DNA from: Jeotgalicoccus sp.
GTDB taxonomy: Bacteria; Bacillota; Bacilli; Staphylococcales; Salinicoccaceae
Reading direction: 5' to 3'
DNA length: 64,000 nucleotides
NCBI GenBank assembly: GCA_003513765.1
Contig: DONT01000002.1
Span: forward strand, 101,091-165,090
Shown here: positions 29,384-38,629 of the stretch, piece after piece
Layout of the letters: every line of letters starts with the position of its first letter
Position numbering within the stretch: the stretch's first letter is position 1
Translations under genes and position numbers: made by a program
Notes under the pieces: model-generated
What the model saw: the letters and a program-made list of their open reading frames with translations, nothing else
What the model was told of the DNA's origin: nothing
The model's database searches: none

Positions 29384-30997
29384 ATGAAGGATTCTTCAAA
29401 TCCAAGTACTAAAAAATTATCGAAAGTATTTATATATTCGGTACTGATCGTTGGAATACTAGTTATTATCGGTGCAATTGCCCCCGAAAAATTCGGGTCC
29501 GTTGCAGGTTTGATTTCAAACTGGGTCAGTAATTATTTTGGCTGGTATTATATGATAATTACATCCGCCACGTTATTCTTTTGTATATTTCTCATTTTCA
29601 GTCCAATTGGTAAATTAAAGTTAGGTAAACCGCATCACGAACCTGAATTCAGTACACGTTCATGGCTGACGATGCTGTTTAGTGCAGGTATGGGAATCGG
29701 GGTTGTATTTTACAGTACCTCTGAACCGATCGCACATTACTTCATGCCCGCAACCGCAGAACCCGAATCGCAAGAAGCAATGCTCGAAGCGATTAGAGCA
29801 ACGATTTTCCACTGGGGTGTACACGCTTGGGGAATGTATGGTGCTGTCGCTTTAGCTCTCGCATATTTCCAATTCAGAAAAGGTGAATCTGGTCTCCTGT
29901 CAAAAACTTTACGTCCTATACTTGGAAATAAAGTTGACGGTCCTATCGGTATACTCATCGATATTCTGACTGTTTTCGCAACAGTAATCGGTGTTGCCGT
30001 TTCACTCGGTATTGGAACAACTCAAATTAACGGCGGTCTGAATTACTTATTCGGAGTACCGATTAATGTCGGTGTACAGGGACTTATTATTACTGTTGTT
30101 ACTATCCTTTTCCTTGCCAGCGCATGGAGTGGTTTAAGCAAAGGAATAAGGTATTTGAGTAATCTGAATATGATACTCGCAACAATATTACTGTTAGTCG
30201 TACTGATACTTGGCCCGACAATGCTGATATTAAATATGCTTCCGACTGCTGCCGGGGAGTATATCAATACATTTGTAGCAAGAACACTTGACGCAGCCCC
30301 ATTAAACAGCGATAAAAACAGCTGGCTGCAATCATGGACAATCTTTTACTGGGCATGGTGGCTCAGCTGGAGTCCGTTTGTAGGTATTTTCATCGCACGT
30401 GTATCAAAAGGCCGTACAGTTCGTGAATTCGTACTGGCACTGCTCACAGTACCAACAACTATTGGGATTATCTGGTTTACCGTATTTGGTGTTACCGGTA
30501 TTGAGATTGCAAGCAAAGTATCAGAAGTTGTCTCTCATGCTCCGGAAACTCAGCTGTTCGCTATATTTAATGAAATGCCGCTCAGCGTACCACTGTCTAT
30601 TTTAGCAATACTGCTGATATCTTCATTCTTTATTACATCAGCAGACTCAGCAACATTTGTACTCGGTATGCAGACATCGTACGGTTCTCTCCGTCCATCT
30701 GCTGCTATAAAAATCGTGTGGGGCATCAGTTTATCAGCAATCGCTTTTGTCCTCCTGCTTTCAGGAGGAGAGACAGGTTTGGAAGCTCTCCAGTCTGCCT
30801 CGATTATTGCTGCACTGCCGTTCAGCTTTGTTATTATTATGATGATGATTTCATTTTATAAAGATGCAAACGAAGAAAGAAAATATCTCGGTCTTACGAT
30901 TACTCCAAACTCAAAACGTATGCAGGAGTATATTCAAAAAGAAGAACGAGAATATCAGGAGCAAAAAAATGCAGGTGTCGATGAAAGAGACTTGTAA
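29384..30997 (+). CDS. BCCT-family osmolyte transporter (glycine betaine/choline type)
   Basis: 12-TM profile and the BCCT signature region WTIFYWAWWLSWSPFVGIFIARVSKGRT. SD AAGGAG. Confidence 0.9.
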   Translation: MKDSSNPSTKKLSKVFIYSVLIVGILVIIGAIAPEKFGSVAGLISNWVSNYFGWYYMIITSATLFFCIFLIFSPIGKLKLGKPHHEPEFSTRSWLTMLFSAGMGIGVVFYSTSEPIAHYFMPATAEPESQEAMLEAIRATIFHWGVHAWGMYGAVALALAYFQFRKGESGLLSKTLRPILGNKVDGPIGILIDILTVFATVIGVAVSLGIGTTQINGGLNYLFGVPINVGVQGLIITVVTILFLASAWSGLSKGIRYLSNLNMILATILLLVVLILGPTMLILNMLPTAAGEYINTFVARTLDAAPLNSDKNSWLQSWTIFYWAWWLSWSPFVGIFIARVSKGRTVREFVLALLTVPTTIGIIWFTVFGVTGIEIASKVSEVVSHAPETQLFAIFNEMPLSVPLSILAILLISSFFITSADSATFVLGMQTSYGSLRPSAAIKIVWGISLSAIAFVLLLSGGETGLEALQSASIIAALPFSFVIIMMMISFYKDANEERKYLGLTITPNSKRMQEYIQKEEREYQEQKNAGVDERDL

Positions 30998-31367
30998 ATA
31001 AATAGAAACGCCCTGGGTACTGAAGTTCATTCAGCGTCCAGGGTGTTTTTTTACTATTCTTAATAACTTCTCTCAAATGAATAAGCGCAGATTTTTGATT
31101 TGCTATAGTTAATCAACGCTAATGATCAGTGCCATTGTAACTATATTAATTACAATATTATTCTTTAATGCAGCTAAAAAACGCCGCAGTGAAAATATCC
31201 CTTTGGAAGTACACGTTTCAGATTGGGATGAAAACAATACGCTTATTCAGAGTAATGGATAAGTTAGGCCTCAAACGTTGAGTTTACGAGCTCATCGTTT
31301 GGGGCATATTTTATAGTAAAGATTGATTTACCAGCAACGGCCTATTATATGAAGGGAGGCGTACATT

Positions 31368-32264
31368 ATGAAAAAGTGGATGATACTGTTATTAATGACA
31401 ATGCTGTTCATTTTAGCCGCGTGCGGAAACAGTGAAGAAGCAGAACCGGAGAACGATACTTCTGAAGAAACTGATTCCGATCCTGCTGAAAAGACAACAG
31501 ACCAGCCTGAGGAAGAATCCGGCGATGAGAGTGAATCTGCGGAAGATACTTCTGAAGAAAAACCAGCTGAAGCAGAAAAAACGGAGCAGAGCAGTACTGA
31601 AGAAGATATTTCTGATAATGAAGAAACAGATGAAGTTCAAAATACAGATGAAACAAACGGCAATTCATCAAATGAAATAAACTATACCGCTGCTGAAAAC
31701 TGTATTATGACACAGCTTACAGAATGCCAGAACGTTCCTGAAGCAGATCAGTTTCAGGCGTACAGCGACCTTGTTGCTGACGGTACACTGCCTCAGGCAC
31801 CGGGCAGCGGCTGTCTGCCATGTGCAGTAAAATATTCATTCGAAGTCAAATACGGCGAATCCAACCCGGTGAATCCGGCAATTCTCCCACGTTCTGACAA
31901 AATCCCGGGAGAGATTACGAATCCATCAGAGTTTGTGCAGCAGTACTTATTTTCATTGCCTGCTTTCTTTAATAACCAAAATGAGGTGGCACTCAGCTTC
32001 TATCTCACTGATTCACCTGGGTATAATGTACTCTTTGCAAACAAAGCATCAGGAAACTACAGCAACCATATGACTTATTCTGTTTTTATCGATTCTGAAG
32101 TGGAGAATCTTGACGGCAGCATGTATGTCTATACCACACGGGAATACTCACATATAAATACAGACAGTGTTTATGAAGTATACGCCCGTTATCAGGTTGT
32201 AGAACAGGACGGCAGACTTTATCTGACAGACTATGCAGAACTGGAAAATACACGTGTAGAATAG
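31368..32264 (+). CDS. Lipoprotein with an acidic low-complexity linker, function unknown
   Basis: Lipobox FILAAC, then an E/D/S/T-rich stretch of about 90 aa, then a globular C-terminal domain. SD GGGAGG. Confidence 0.7.
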   Translation: MKKWMILLLMTMLFILAACGNSEEAEPENDTSEETDSDPAEKTTDQPEEESGDESESAEDTSEEKPAEAEKTEQSSTEEDISDNEETDEVQNTDETNGNSSNEINYTAAENCIMTQLTECQNVPEADQFQAYSDLVADGTLPQAPGSGCLPCAVKYSFEVKYGESNPVNPAILPRSDKIPGEITNPSEFVQQYLFSLPAFFNNQNEVALSFYLTDSPGYNVLFANKASGNYSNHMTYSVFIDSEVENLDGSMYVYTTREYSHINTDSVYEVYARYQVVEQDGRLYLTDYAELENTRVE

Positions 32265-32413
32265 TTAAATATAGAAAAATCCCGGTCAGTATTACGCTGA
32301 CCGGGATTTTTTGTGCGGACATATTTCTGTTATATATTACAAATTGCATCTCAATATTACATGGGTGTGTCTATTCCATGGTAATAATCAGAAACAATAC
32401 AGCCAGATGTCAA

Positions 32414-32462
32414 TGTTACAGTTCTGCTTTTAATTGTAACGTTCTTATTATTAGACTGTAAC
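32414..32462 (+). promoter_or_regulatory. Candidate WalR-box region upstream of the IsaA/SceD-like gene
   Basis: TGTTAC-AGTTC-TGCTTT (32414-32430) and TGTAAC-GTTCT-TATTAT (32435-32451) approximate the WalR consensus TGTWAH-N5-TGTWAH. A third TGTAAC lies at 32457. Confidence 0.3.
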
Positions 32463-32604
32463 ACACGTAAAAAAGTTCTATGTTATATTTACTCTTGTCT
32501 TAGGAAAACGAGACTTAAATTAAGTTTATGTTTACCCTTAATCAAATTTAAAAAAACAAAAAATGCATTCATTGCATAATATTTTTTTGGAGGAATTACA
32601 AATT

Positions 32605-33303
32605 ATGAAGAAAACGATATTAGCTACTACATTAGCATTAGGTTTAGGCGTAACAGGAATTGCAGCAGGACAAGACGCAGAAGCTTCATCAATAGATAAA
32701 GCAGAACTTGCTTATACAGCTCAAAACAATCCTGAAGCGTTAAACGCATCAGCATTACACGAAGGTCAATATGATTATAACTTTGATCACAAAAACTTCA
32801 ACTACGACTTCAGCTCTGACGGCACTAACTATGCTTGGGCATACCAAAGCAATGGTAACGCACAAGCTGAAGTAGCAGCTCAAAAACAAGCAGCTGCACC
32901 TGCAGTGCAAGAAGAAACTCAAAACGTTGAATACAACAACTACACTTACACTGAGGAAGTGCAACAGCCTGTACAAAACACACAGCCAGCTGCACCTGCA
33001 GTACAAGAAGTTTCACAGCCTTCATCACCAGCTCCACAATCAAAAAGTGTTAGCACTTCAAACACTAACAGTGGCTTAAACTGGGGTTCATTAGCTTCAT
33101 GTGAATCAGGCGGCAATGCTAGCGTAGTAAGCTCAAACGGTATGTACCACGGTCTTTACCAGTTTGACGCTCAAACTTGGCAGTCAGTAGGCGGTTCTGG
33201 AGTAGCTTCAGATGCTTCAGCAGCTGAACAAACTCAAAGAGCACAAATGCTATATGACGAAAGAGGTTCACAGCCTTGGCCTGTATGTGGTACCAACCTG
33301 TAA
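32605..33303 (+). CDS. Secreted transglycosylase-like protein (IsaA/SceD family)
   Basis: Signal peptide [28 protein letters not shown]-terminal domain [33 protein letters not shown]. Start moved to the ATG at 32605 (SD GGAGG). Confidence 0.85.
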   Translation: MKKTILATTLALGLGVTGIAAGQDAEASSIDKAELAYTAQNNPEALNASALHEGQYDYNFDHKNFNYDFSSDGTNYAWAYQSNGNAQAEVAAQKQAAAPAVQEETQNVEYNNYTYTEEVQQPVQNTQPAAPAVQEVSQPSSPAPQSKSVSTSNTNSGLNWGSLASCESGGNASVVSSNGMYHGLYQFDAQTWQSVGGSGVASDASAAEQTQRAQMLYDERGSQPWPVCGTNL

Positions 33304-33487
33304 TAAAATAATTGATTTTCAAAGAACGGGATAAGTTATCTCGTTCTTTTTTTGTTTGTCCGGTATTTCCCGGGCAATTCGGAGTTTTTTTGTTTCTCCC
33401 GAGCAGTTCGCTGTCTTATAAAAGTTTAAATGTCTATATTTAGGCTATATGAGTTAAAAATACATATATAAGAAAGCAGGTTGAACT

Positions 33488-34444
33488 ATGCCAAAAATCT
33501 ATAGTGCAGTAAAGCTTCCCGAAACTGCAGTGAAAATTATTAAAGATCAAAATATCGAATTGGATATGCATGATGAACTAACGACTCCGGAAATTGATGT
33601 CATTATTGATAGAGTGAAAGATGCAGATGGTTTAATTACCGGCGTTAACGTTCAGGCTCCCGCTGAAGTAATTCAGGCGAATACAGGCCTTAAGGTTATT
33701 GCGAACGTCGGCTCAGGTTTTAATAACATTGATATTGATGAAGCAAATAAGCATAATATTGCTGTGACTAATACTCCAGTCCATGAATCTGTGGCATCAA
33801 CTGCGGAACTTGCAGTAACATTAATGCTGGCACTCTCACGCCGTGTGCTTCCAGGACACGAAATGGCTGTGAAAAATGAATTCGACGGCTGGCAGGTTAT
33901 GGGTTACCTCGGCGGTAATCAGGTTGTCGATAAAACATTGGCCATCGTCGGCTTCGGTCAGATAGGACAGTATATTGGTAAAATTGCTCAAGCATTTAAT
34001 ATGAAGCTTTTATATGTTGACCATGTAGAGAAAGAAACTGAGATTAATGCTGAGAAAGTAACGCTTGAAGAAGCATTAAAAGAAGCAGATTATGTAATTG
34101 CACAAGTGAACTACAATGAAACATCACATCATTTATTCGGTAAAAAAGAATTTGAACAAATGAAAGAGACTGCATATTTCATTAACACTGCCCGCGGCGG
34201 TGTCGTAGATGAATCTGCACTTATCGATGCTTTAAAAAATAAGCAGATACAGGCAGCAGCACTGGACGTTCATGAAGAAGAACCGCATATTAATGAAGAA
34301 CTTGTAAAACTTGATAATGTTATTTTGACACCGCATATCGGTAATGACACTTATGAAGCGAGAAATAAAATGGCAGAAGTTGCTGCAGATCAGGCAGTTA
34401 AAGCTTTAACAGATACTCAGCTGGATTATCAGGTGAACAAATAA
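33488..34444 (+). CDS. D-isomer-specific 2-hydroxyacid dehydrogenase family protein
   Basis: GFGQIGQ NAD-binding motif and a C-terminal catalytic region ending in NVILTPHIG. Confidence 0.85.
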   Translation: MPKIYSAVKLPETAVKIIKDQNIELDMHDELTTPEIDVIIDRVKDADGLITGVNVQAPAEVIQANTGLKVIANVGSGFNNIDIDEANKHNIAVTNTPVHESVASTAELAVTLMLALSRRVLPGHEMAVKNEFDGWQVMGYLGGNQVVDKTLAIVGFGQIGQYIGKIAQAFNMKLLYVDHVEKETEINAEKVTLEEALKEADYVIAQVNYNETSHHLFGKKEFEQMKETAYFINTARGGVVDESALIDALKNKQIQAAALDVHEEEPHINEELVKLDNVILTPHIGNDTYEARNKMAEVAADQAVKALTDTQLDYQVNK

Positions 34445-34492
34445 GATGAAATAATACAAGATTTATCGTATAATAGCAATTAAATAAAATAG

Positions 34493-34600
34493 TTCTCTTA
34501 TTAAGAGTGAGTGGAGGGATTTGGCCCTGTGAAACTCCGGCAACAGCTGTAAAGCGATGTGCTAAATCCAACAGTTTATTTAAACTGGATGATAAGAAGT
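34493..34600 (+). promoter_or_regulatory. SAM-I (S-box) riboswitch aptamer
   Basis: TTCTCTTATTAAGAG..GTGGAGGGATTTGGCCC..TGAAACTCCGGCAAC..GTGCTAAATCCAACAG..GATGATAAGAAG matches the conserved S-box cores and the P1 pairing. A TATAAT -10 lies at 34469-34474. Confidence 0.85.
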
Positions 34601-34607
34601 CGGGTAA

Positions 34608-34642
34608 AGCTCTTCTTAATTCAGAGAAGAGCTATTTTATTT
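34608..34642 (+). terminator. Riboswitch expression-platform terminator
   Basis: AGCTCTTCT-N8-AGAAGAGCT followed by ATTTTATTT. The 5-prime arm can alternatively pair with the P1 3-prime strand (antiterminator logic). Confidence 0.8.
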
Positions 34643-34668
34643 GAAAAAATAAAAAGGGTGGTAATTAC

Positions 34669-34845
34669 ATGAAAACCGTACGCGAACTATTTTCGGAATT
34701 AGACGAGTGGAAAGCATATCAGGCGAACAGTACGATGAGCAACATCGCAAAAGCGAATCATATCAGCAGGGTAAAACGTGAAATCGCAAATCGCATCGAT
34801 GTTGAAGAGTACAGAGATTATATTTTATTTAAAGAAGAAAGCTGA
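34669..34845 (+). CDS. 58-aa hypothetical protein downstream of the SAM riboswitch (below the ORF-track cutoff)
   Basis: ATG at 34669 with SD AGGGTGG. Product MKTVRELFSELDEWKAYQANSTMSNIAKANHISRVKREIANRIDVEEYRDYILFKEES. It has its own terminator at 34881-34917. Confidence 0.5.
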   Translation: MKTVRELFSELDEWKAYQANSTMSNIAKANHISRVKREIANRIDVEEYRDYILFKEES

Positions 34846-34880
34846 TTTCTTTAGTTACTAATACTATTAACCCATCATAT

Positions 34881-34917
34881 AAATTGCTATTATTAATTTT
34901 AATAATAGCAATTTTTT
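34881..34917 (+). terminator. Intrinsic terminator
   Basis: AAATTGCTATTATTA-N4-TAATAATAGCAATTT followed by a T run. Confidence 0.75.
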
Positions 34918-34941
34918 ACATACTCGGAGAGGGGCGATTAA

Positions 34942-35436
34942 TTGTTCTGCAGATTAAAAAAACTCTTTAAACTGCTTTTCTTCAATGCCGTTTTATGGGG
35001 TTTCATCCATTATTTTATTTCTTACATATTTTTACATCTCAATGATAAAAAATACTTCCGCGGTCCGCTCAGATTAAAATCATATACTTTTGAAAAAAAC
35101 GGCAGCCTATGGAACAAACTGTTCCAAGTCCGGAAGTGGAAAGATATAGTTCCTGAAGGCGGTCAGATTTTTACCGGCAGCTACAATAAGTCTGAGTTAA
35201 AAGATAAAAGTCCCGCTGCCTTAAAATCCTTCATTATAGAAATTAACCGTGCTGAGGTTACTCATTGGATGATAATCTTCTCCCTGCCGTTTATTCTTTT
35301 ATTCAATCCCAGATGGACTTATATAATCCACGGACTTTATGCACTAGTCAGCAATATCCCTTTTATCATAATTCAGAGATACAACCGCCCCGATTTGAAA
35401 GATTGTATGCACGCCGGCTTAAAAATGATGACTTGA
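34942..35436 (+). CDS. crtO: Glycosyl-4,4'-diaponeurosporenoate acyltransferase-like protein
   Basis: 164 aa. FEKNGSLWNKLFQVRKWKD, INRAEVTHW and IIIQRYNRP are colinear with S. aureus CrtO as I remember it. TTG start with SD GGAGAGGGG. Confidence 0.75.
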   Translation: MFCRLKKLFKLLFFNAVLWGFIHYFISYIFLHLNDKKYFRGPLRLKSYTFEKNGSLWNKLFQVRKWKDIVPEGGQIFTGSYNKSELKDKSPAALKSFIIEINRAEVTHWMIIFSLPFILLFNPRWTYIIHGLYALVSNIPFIIIQRYNRPDLKDCMHAGLKMMT

Positions 35437-35450
35437 ACTGAGGTGATAGA

Positions 35451-36304
35451 ATGATTCAAACAGCAATATTTATTTTTATACTTGTTAAAGGCGGATTGCA
35501 TAATTTAGCCGGAGCGATCCAGACATTAGCACAAGACATTGGTATAGAAATGATTAAGTGAAAACAGCAATTACCAACAAAGGAACTATTGATCACCTTA
35601 TTTTAGACGACGGCTCGAAGATCGAAGCGGATATCTACGTATCAAATATGGAAGTTATTCCATTCTATACGAAAGTTCTGGATACGCTGCCTAAGAATAT
35701 TAATAAGATGAAAAAGAAATTCCCGCCCGCGAGCTCAGGTCTGGTCATTCATCTTGGTGTTAATAAAACATATCCGGAGCTTAGACATCATAACTTTTTC
35801 TTTTCCGAAGACTCGGATAAGAATTATGAAACTGTATTTGATAAAAAAGAGCTGCCAAAAGATCCGACAATTTATTTAGTCAATGCAAATAAAACAGACC
35901 CGTCACAAGCACCAAAAGGCCATGAAAACCTGAAAATTTTACCGCATATTCCACCGCTGAATTATCTTGATTACACAAAAGAAGATTATATGAATTTCAG
36001 GGAGCTTGTTCTTAAAAAACTTGAGAATATGGGCCTGACAGATTTAAGAAAACATATAGTCACAGAATACATGCTTACACCTCACGATATTGAGTCGATG
36101 TATCTATCTGACGGCGGATCTATATACGGTACTTTGTCAGATAAAAAGCTGAACCAGGGATTTAAGCATCCAAAAGAGTCTGCATTTATAAATAACCTGT
36201 ACTTTGTCGGCGGCACAGTGAATCCAGGCGGCGGTATGCCGATGGTTACACTGAGCGGTCAAAATGCAGCGAAATATATTGCAGAAAAAGATTCCAAAAT
36301 TTAA
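35451..36304 (+). pseudogene. crtP: Diaponeurosporene oxygenase / phytoene-desaturase family gene, 5-prime truncated and frameshifted
   Basis: A 36-codon ORF (..VKGGLHNLAGAIQTLAQDIGIEMIK stop at 35559-35561) continues in another frame from 35558. Together they match only roughly the C-terminal half of CrtP (..SNMEVIPFY.., ..YFVGGTVNPGGGMPMVTLSGQ). The N-terminal FAD-binding GxGxxG half is absent. Confidence 0.75.
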
Positions 36305-36340
36305 AAAATCCGGATACTGATTATCAGTATCCGGATTTTT
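36304..36340. terminator. Bidirectional intrinsic terminator
   Basis: AAAAATCCGGATACTGA-TTA-TCAGTATCCGGATTTTT, a perfect 17-bp palindrome between convergent genes. Confidence 0.8.
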
Positions 36341-36341
36341 A

Positions 36342-36962
36342 TCATGTTGCAAGACCAATTGAAGTATTTTCATAACTTGAATCTTTTAAAGCTTTAATAA
36401 TAAAATGTGCAACATCCGCACGTGGTATCGAACTTGATTTAGCCGGCACACCTGAAGCAGCTTCTCTGTATTCACCAGTAAATTCTTTATTCGATAATCC
36501 CATAGGACGGACGATAGTGTAGTTTAATCCTGCATCCTGAATATGTCCGACAGCAGCACGGTGATCGATTAATGCATTCTTAAGCAGCTGCATAATTACT
36601 TTACCCATAATGCCCGTTAGTTCCTTATGCACGCCTGCTGATGCTGTATAAACAATACGGTCGACATTATGTTCTTTCATGCCTTCAACAATATTCTTCG
36701 TCATATTCTGAAGTTCTTCAGATTTCCTCATACCTTTGCTTGAACCGAGACACGATACCACCGCGTCATGATTTGAAATTGCTGCAGAGACTTCTTCCTT
36801 ATTGAAGGCATCTCCCTGTACTACATTTAGATTTGCATGAGTAATTTCAACTTTAGCCGGGGTACGTACAAATGCTGTAACTTCCAATCCTGCATCCAGG
36901 CCTTGCTGCACAACGAATTTACCGACACCGCCTGTTGCTCCAAAGACAATAATTTTCATCAT
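36342..36962 (-). CDS. NAD(P)H-binding (atypical SDR / NmrA-like) protein
   Basis: N-terminus KIIVFGATGGVGKFVV. 206 aa. Confidence 0.8.
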   Translation of the reverse strand: MMKIIVFGATGGVGKFVVQQGLDAGLEVTAFVRTPAKVEITHANLNVVQGDAFNKEEVSAAISNHDAVVSCLGSSKGMRKSEELQNMTKNIVEGMKEHNVDRIVYTASAGVHKELTGIMGKVIMQLLKNALIDHRAAVGHIQDAGLNYTIVRPMGLSNKEFTGEYREAASGVPAKSSSIPRADVAHFIIKALKDSSYENTSIGLAT

Positions 36963-37606
36963 AGTTCACCCTCCCATTCCTTAAAGAATGTATCCAGAAA
37001 CTGCTTCATAAAAGCTTCCCGTTCTTCAGCTATTTTAACTGCTGACGGAGTATTCATCTTGTCCTTTAACAGCAGCAGCTTTTCGTAGAAATGATTAATG
37101 GAAGTCGATTCACCGTTACGGTATTCTTCAAAACTCATCTGATCTCTGACAGGAATTTCAGGGTCGTACATTGCCTGTCCTTTAGCACCGCCGTACTGGA
37201 AAGTTCTCGCAATTCCGATTGCCCCGAGAGCATCCAGTCTGTCGGCATCCTGAACGATTTGAGCTTCGATGTACGATAATTCCTTGCCTGTCCCGCCTTT
37301 AAATGACATTGTTGTAATGATATCTATAATTGTCTCAATAGTCTCATCAGCAACCTCGTTTCTTTCAAGCAGTTTTCTAATACGTTCCAGTGCCATGTTA
37401 ACGTCAGAGGTTACCTTATCATCCGCAATATCATGGAGCAATGCAGCAGAAATTACAGTAAAATCATCTGCCTTTTCATGCTTTAATATTTCTTTGGCAA
37501 TATCTGTGACTCTTTTTATATGGTACCAGTCATGGCCGCTCTTTTCATTTAGCAGCTCACCTTTGACCCATTCTTCAATATTTTGTAGTACTTTATCTTC
37601 AGTCAT
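36959..37606 (-). CDS. HD-domain phosphohydrolase
   Basis: HD motif (WYHIKRV..., LLHDIADDK). Its stop overlaps the start of the downstream gene. Confidence 0.8.
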   Translation of the reverse strand: MTEDKVLQNIEEWVKGELLNEKSGHDWYHIKRVTDIAKEILKHEKADDFTVISAALLHDIADDKVTSDVNMALERIRKLLERNEVADETIETIIDIITTMSFKGGTGKELSYIEAQIVQDADRLDALGAIGIARTFQYGGAKGQAMYDPEIPVRDQMSFEEYRNGESTSINHFYEKLLLLKDKMNTPSAVKIAEEREAFMKQFLDTFFKEWEGEL

Positions 37607-37738
37607 GAAAGTGTTCCTCCATCAGTTATTATAATAATACTTTCATTATACTTTGATTTATCTACATTTAACAAAAATGATATAAAATTATTGACATAAA
37701 GAGGGATTTTATATTATTGTTAATTAATATTATATTAA

Positions 37739-37822
37739 GCGGATATGGCGGAACTGGCAGACGCGCTAGAATCAGGCTCTAGTGTCTTAATCGACGTGGG
37801 GGTTCGACTCCCTTTATCCGCA
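37739..37822 (+). tRNA. trnL: tRNA-Leu (anticodon CAG), class II with a long variable arm
   Basis: Acceptor GCGGATA/TATCCGC plus discriminator A. Anticodon stem CTAGA/TCTAG with loop ATCAGGC, T-loop GTTCGACTC. No encoded CCA. Confidence 0.85.
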
Positions 37823-37830
37823 TCACTTTT

Positions 37831-37862
37831 AAAGACCACTAATTTTTTAGTGGTCTTTTTTT
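37831..37862 (+). terminator. tRNA-Leu terminator
   Basis: AAAGACCACTA-N6-TAGTGGTCTTT followed by a T run. Confidence 0.8.
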
Positions 37863-37926
37863 CATTTTTTAAACTCTGCTGATACACTGATAAAAAGAAC
37901 TGAAATCGAAGACAGGAGCAGTTTTT

Positions 37927-38553
37927 ATGAAAAGAACAGTAGTCTACCGTCCATTTGAGCAGAGGGATACTGCTCATCTGGCTGAAGTGATCAGTCAAAG
38001 CTGGAGTTATGAAAAGATGTTTTCCAAAAATACATCCTATCATTTCTCACACATATTCCTATACTACGAACTGAGCCGTCAATCATCTGATCGAGTCGTG
38101 GAAGTCGAGGGCAGAGCAGCAGGTATCATTACAAGTGCTTTTAAGGATAAACATAAAAGACGTGGCTTTTATATAATGAAAGTTCTAAAACACGGACTGC
38201 AAATGGCAGTAACCGCAGAAGGCCGGAACGTGCTATTAAATTATGTAAAAGCAGTTGATGAGTTAAACAGCCGTATGCTGAACAGTTTAAACGAACCTTT
38301 TAAAGCAGAACTCTCACTCTTTGCAGTCAGTCCCTCACTTCAGGGACTCGGGACCGGGTCTGCTTTATTTAACGATTTGCTTCTCCAGCTTAAGAAGAAT
38401 CAGATTGAGACTTACTACCTGTATACAGATACAACTTGCAACTTCGGCTTCTACGACTATAAAGGACTGGAACGGGCATCTGCTGTAAAACGATATATTA
38501 AGACACCCGTCAACAAGGAAATCGAATTTTTCATATATAAAGGATATGTGTAA
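37927..38553 (+). CDS. GNAT-family N-acetyltransferase
   Basis: AcCoA-binding-like segment VSPSLQGLGTGSALF. 208 aa. Confidence 0.7.
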   Translation: MKRTVVYRPFEQRDTAHLAEVISQSWSYEKMFSKNTSYHFSHIFLYYELSRQSSDRVVEVEGRAAGIITSAFKDKHKRRGFYIMKVLKHGLQMAVTAEGRNVLLNYVKAVDELNSRMLNSLNEPFKAELSLFAVSPSLQGLGTGSALFNDLLLQLKKNQIETYYLYTDTTCNFGFYDYKGLERASAVKRYIKTPVNKEIEFFIYKGYV

Positions 38554-38629
38554 ATGAAAATTTCAATTTCTTCCTTGCTGCCATTTGTTATACTGTATGA
38601 AATATATAAATGGAAAGGACAAAATTACG

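Noticed and set aside
31078-31273. Possible small membrane-protein gene: MNKRRFLICYS-TAA-STLMISAIVTILITILFFNAAKKRRSEN..., with an in-frame stop at 31111 and a terminator-like hairpin after 31273
   Set aside because: Neither candidate ATG (31078 or 31123) has a recognisable SD. The in-frame relationship could be coincidental. It was not confident enough to call as a gene or pseudogene.
31430-31660. Apparent repetitive DNA (GAAGAA/GAAAC-rich) that also creates several overlapping ORFs on both strands
   Set aside because: It is the low-complexity acidic linker of the lipoprotein gene. I could not define a regular tandem repeat unit, and the overlapping ORFs are artefacts of purine-rich sequence.
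37735-38043. Minus-strand 102-aa ORF
   Set aside because: It overlaps tRNA-Leu and its terminator, and it runs antisense to the GNAT gene start. It is spurious.
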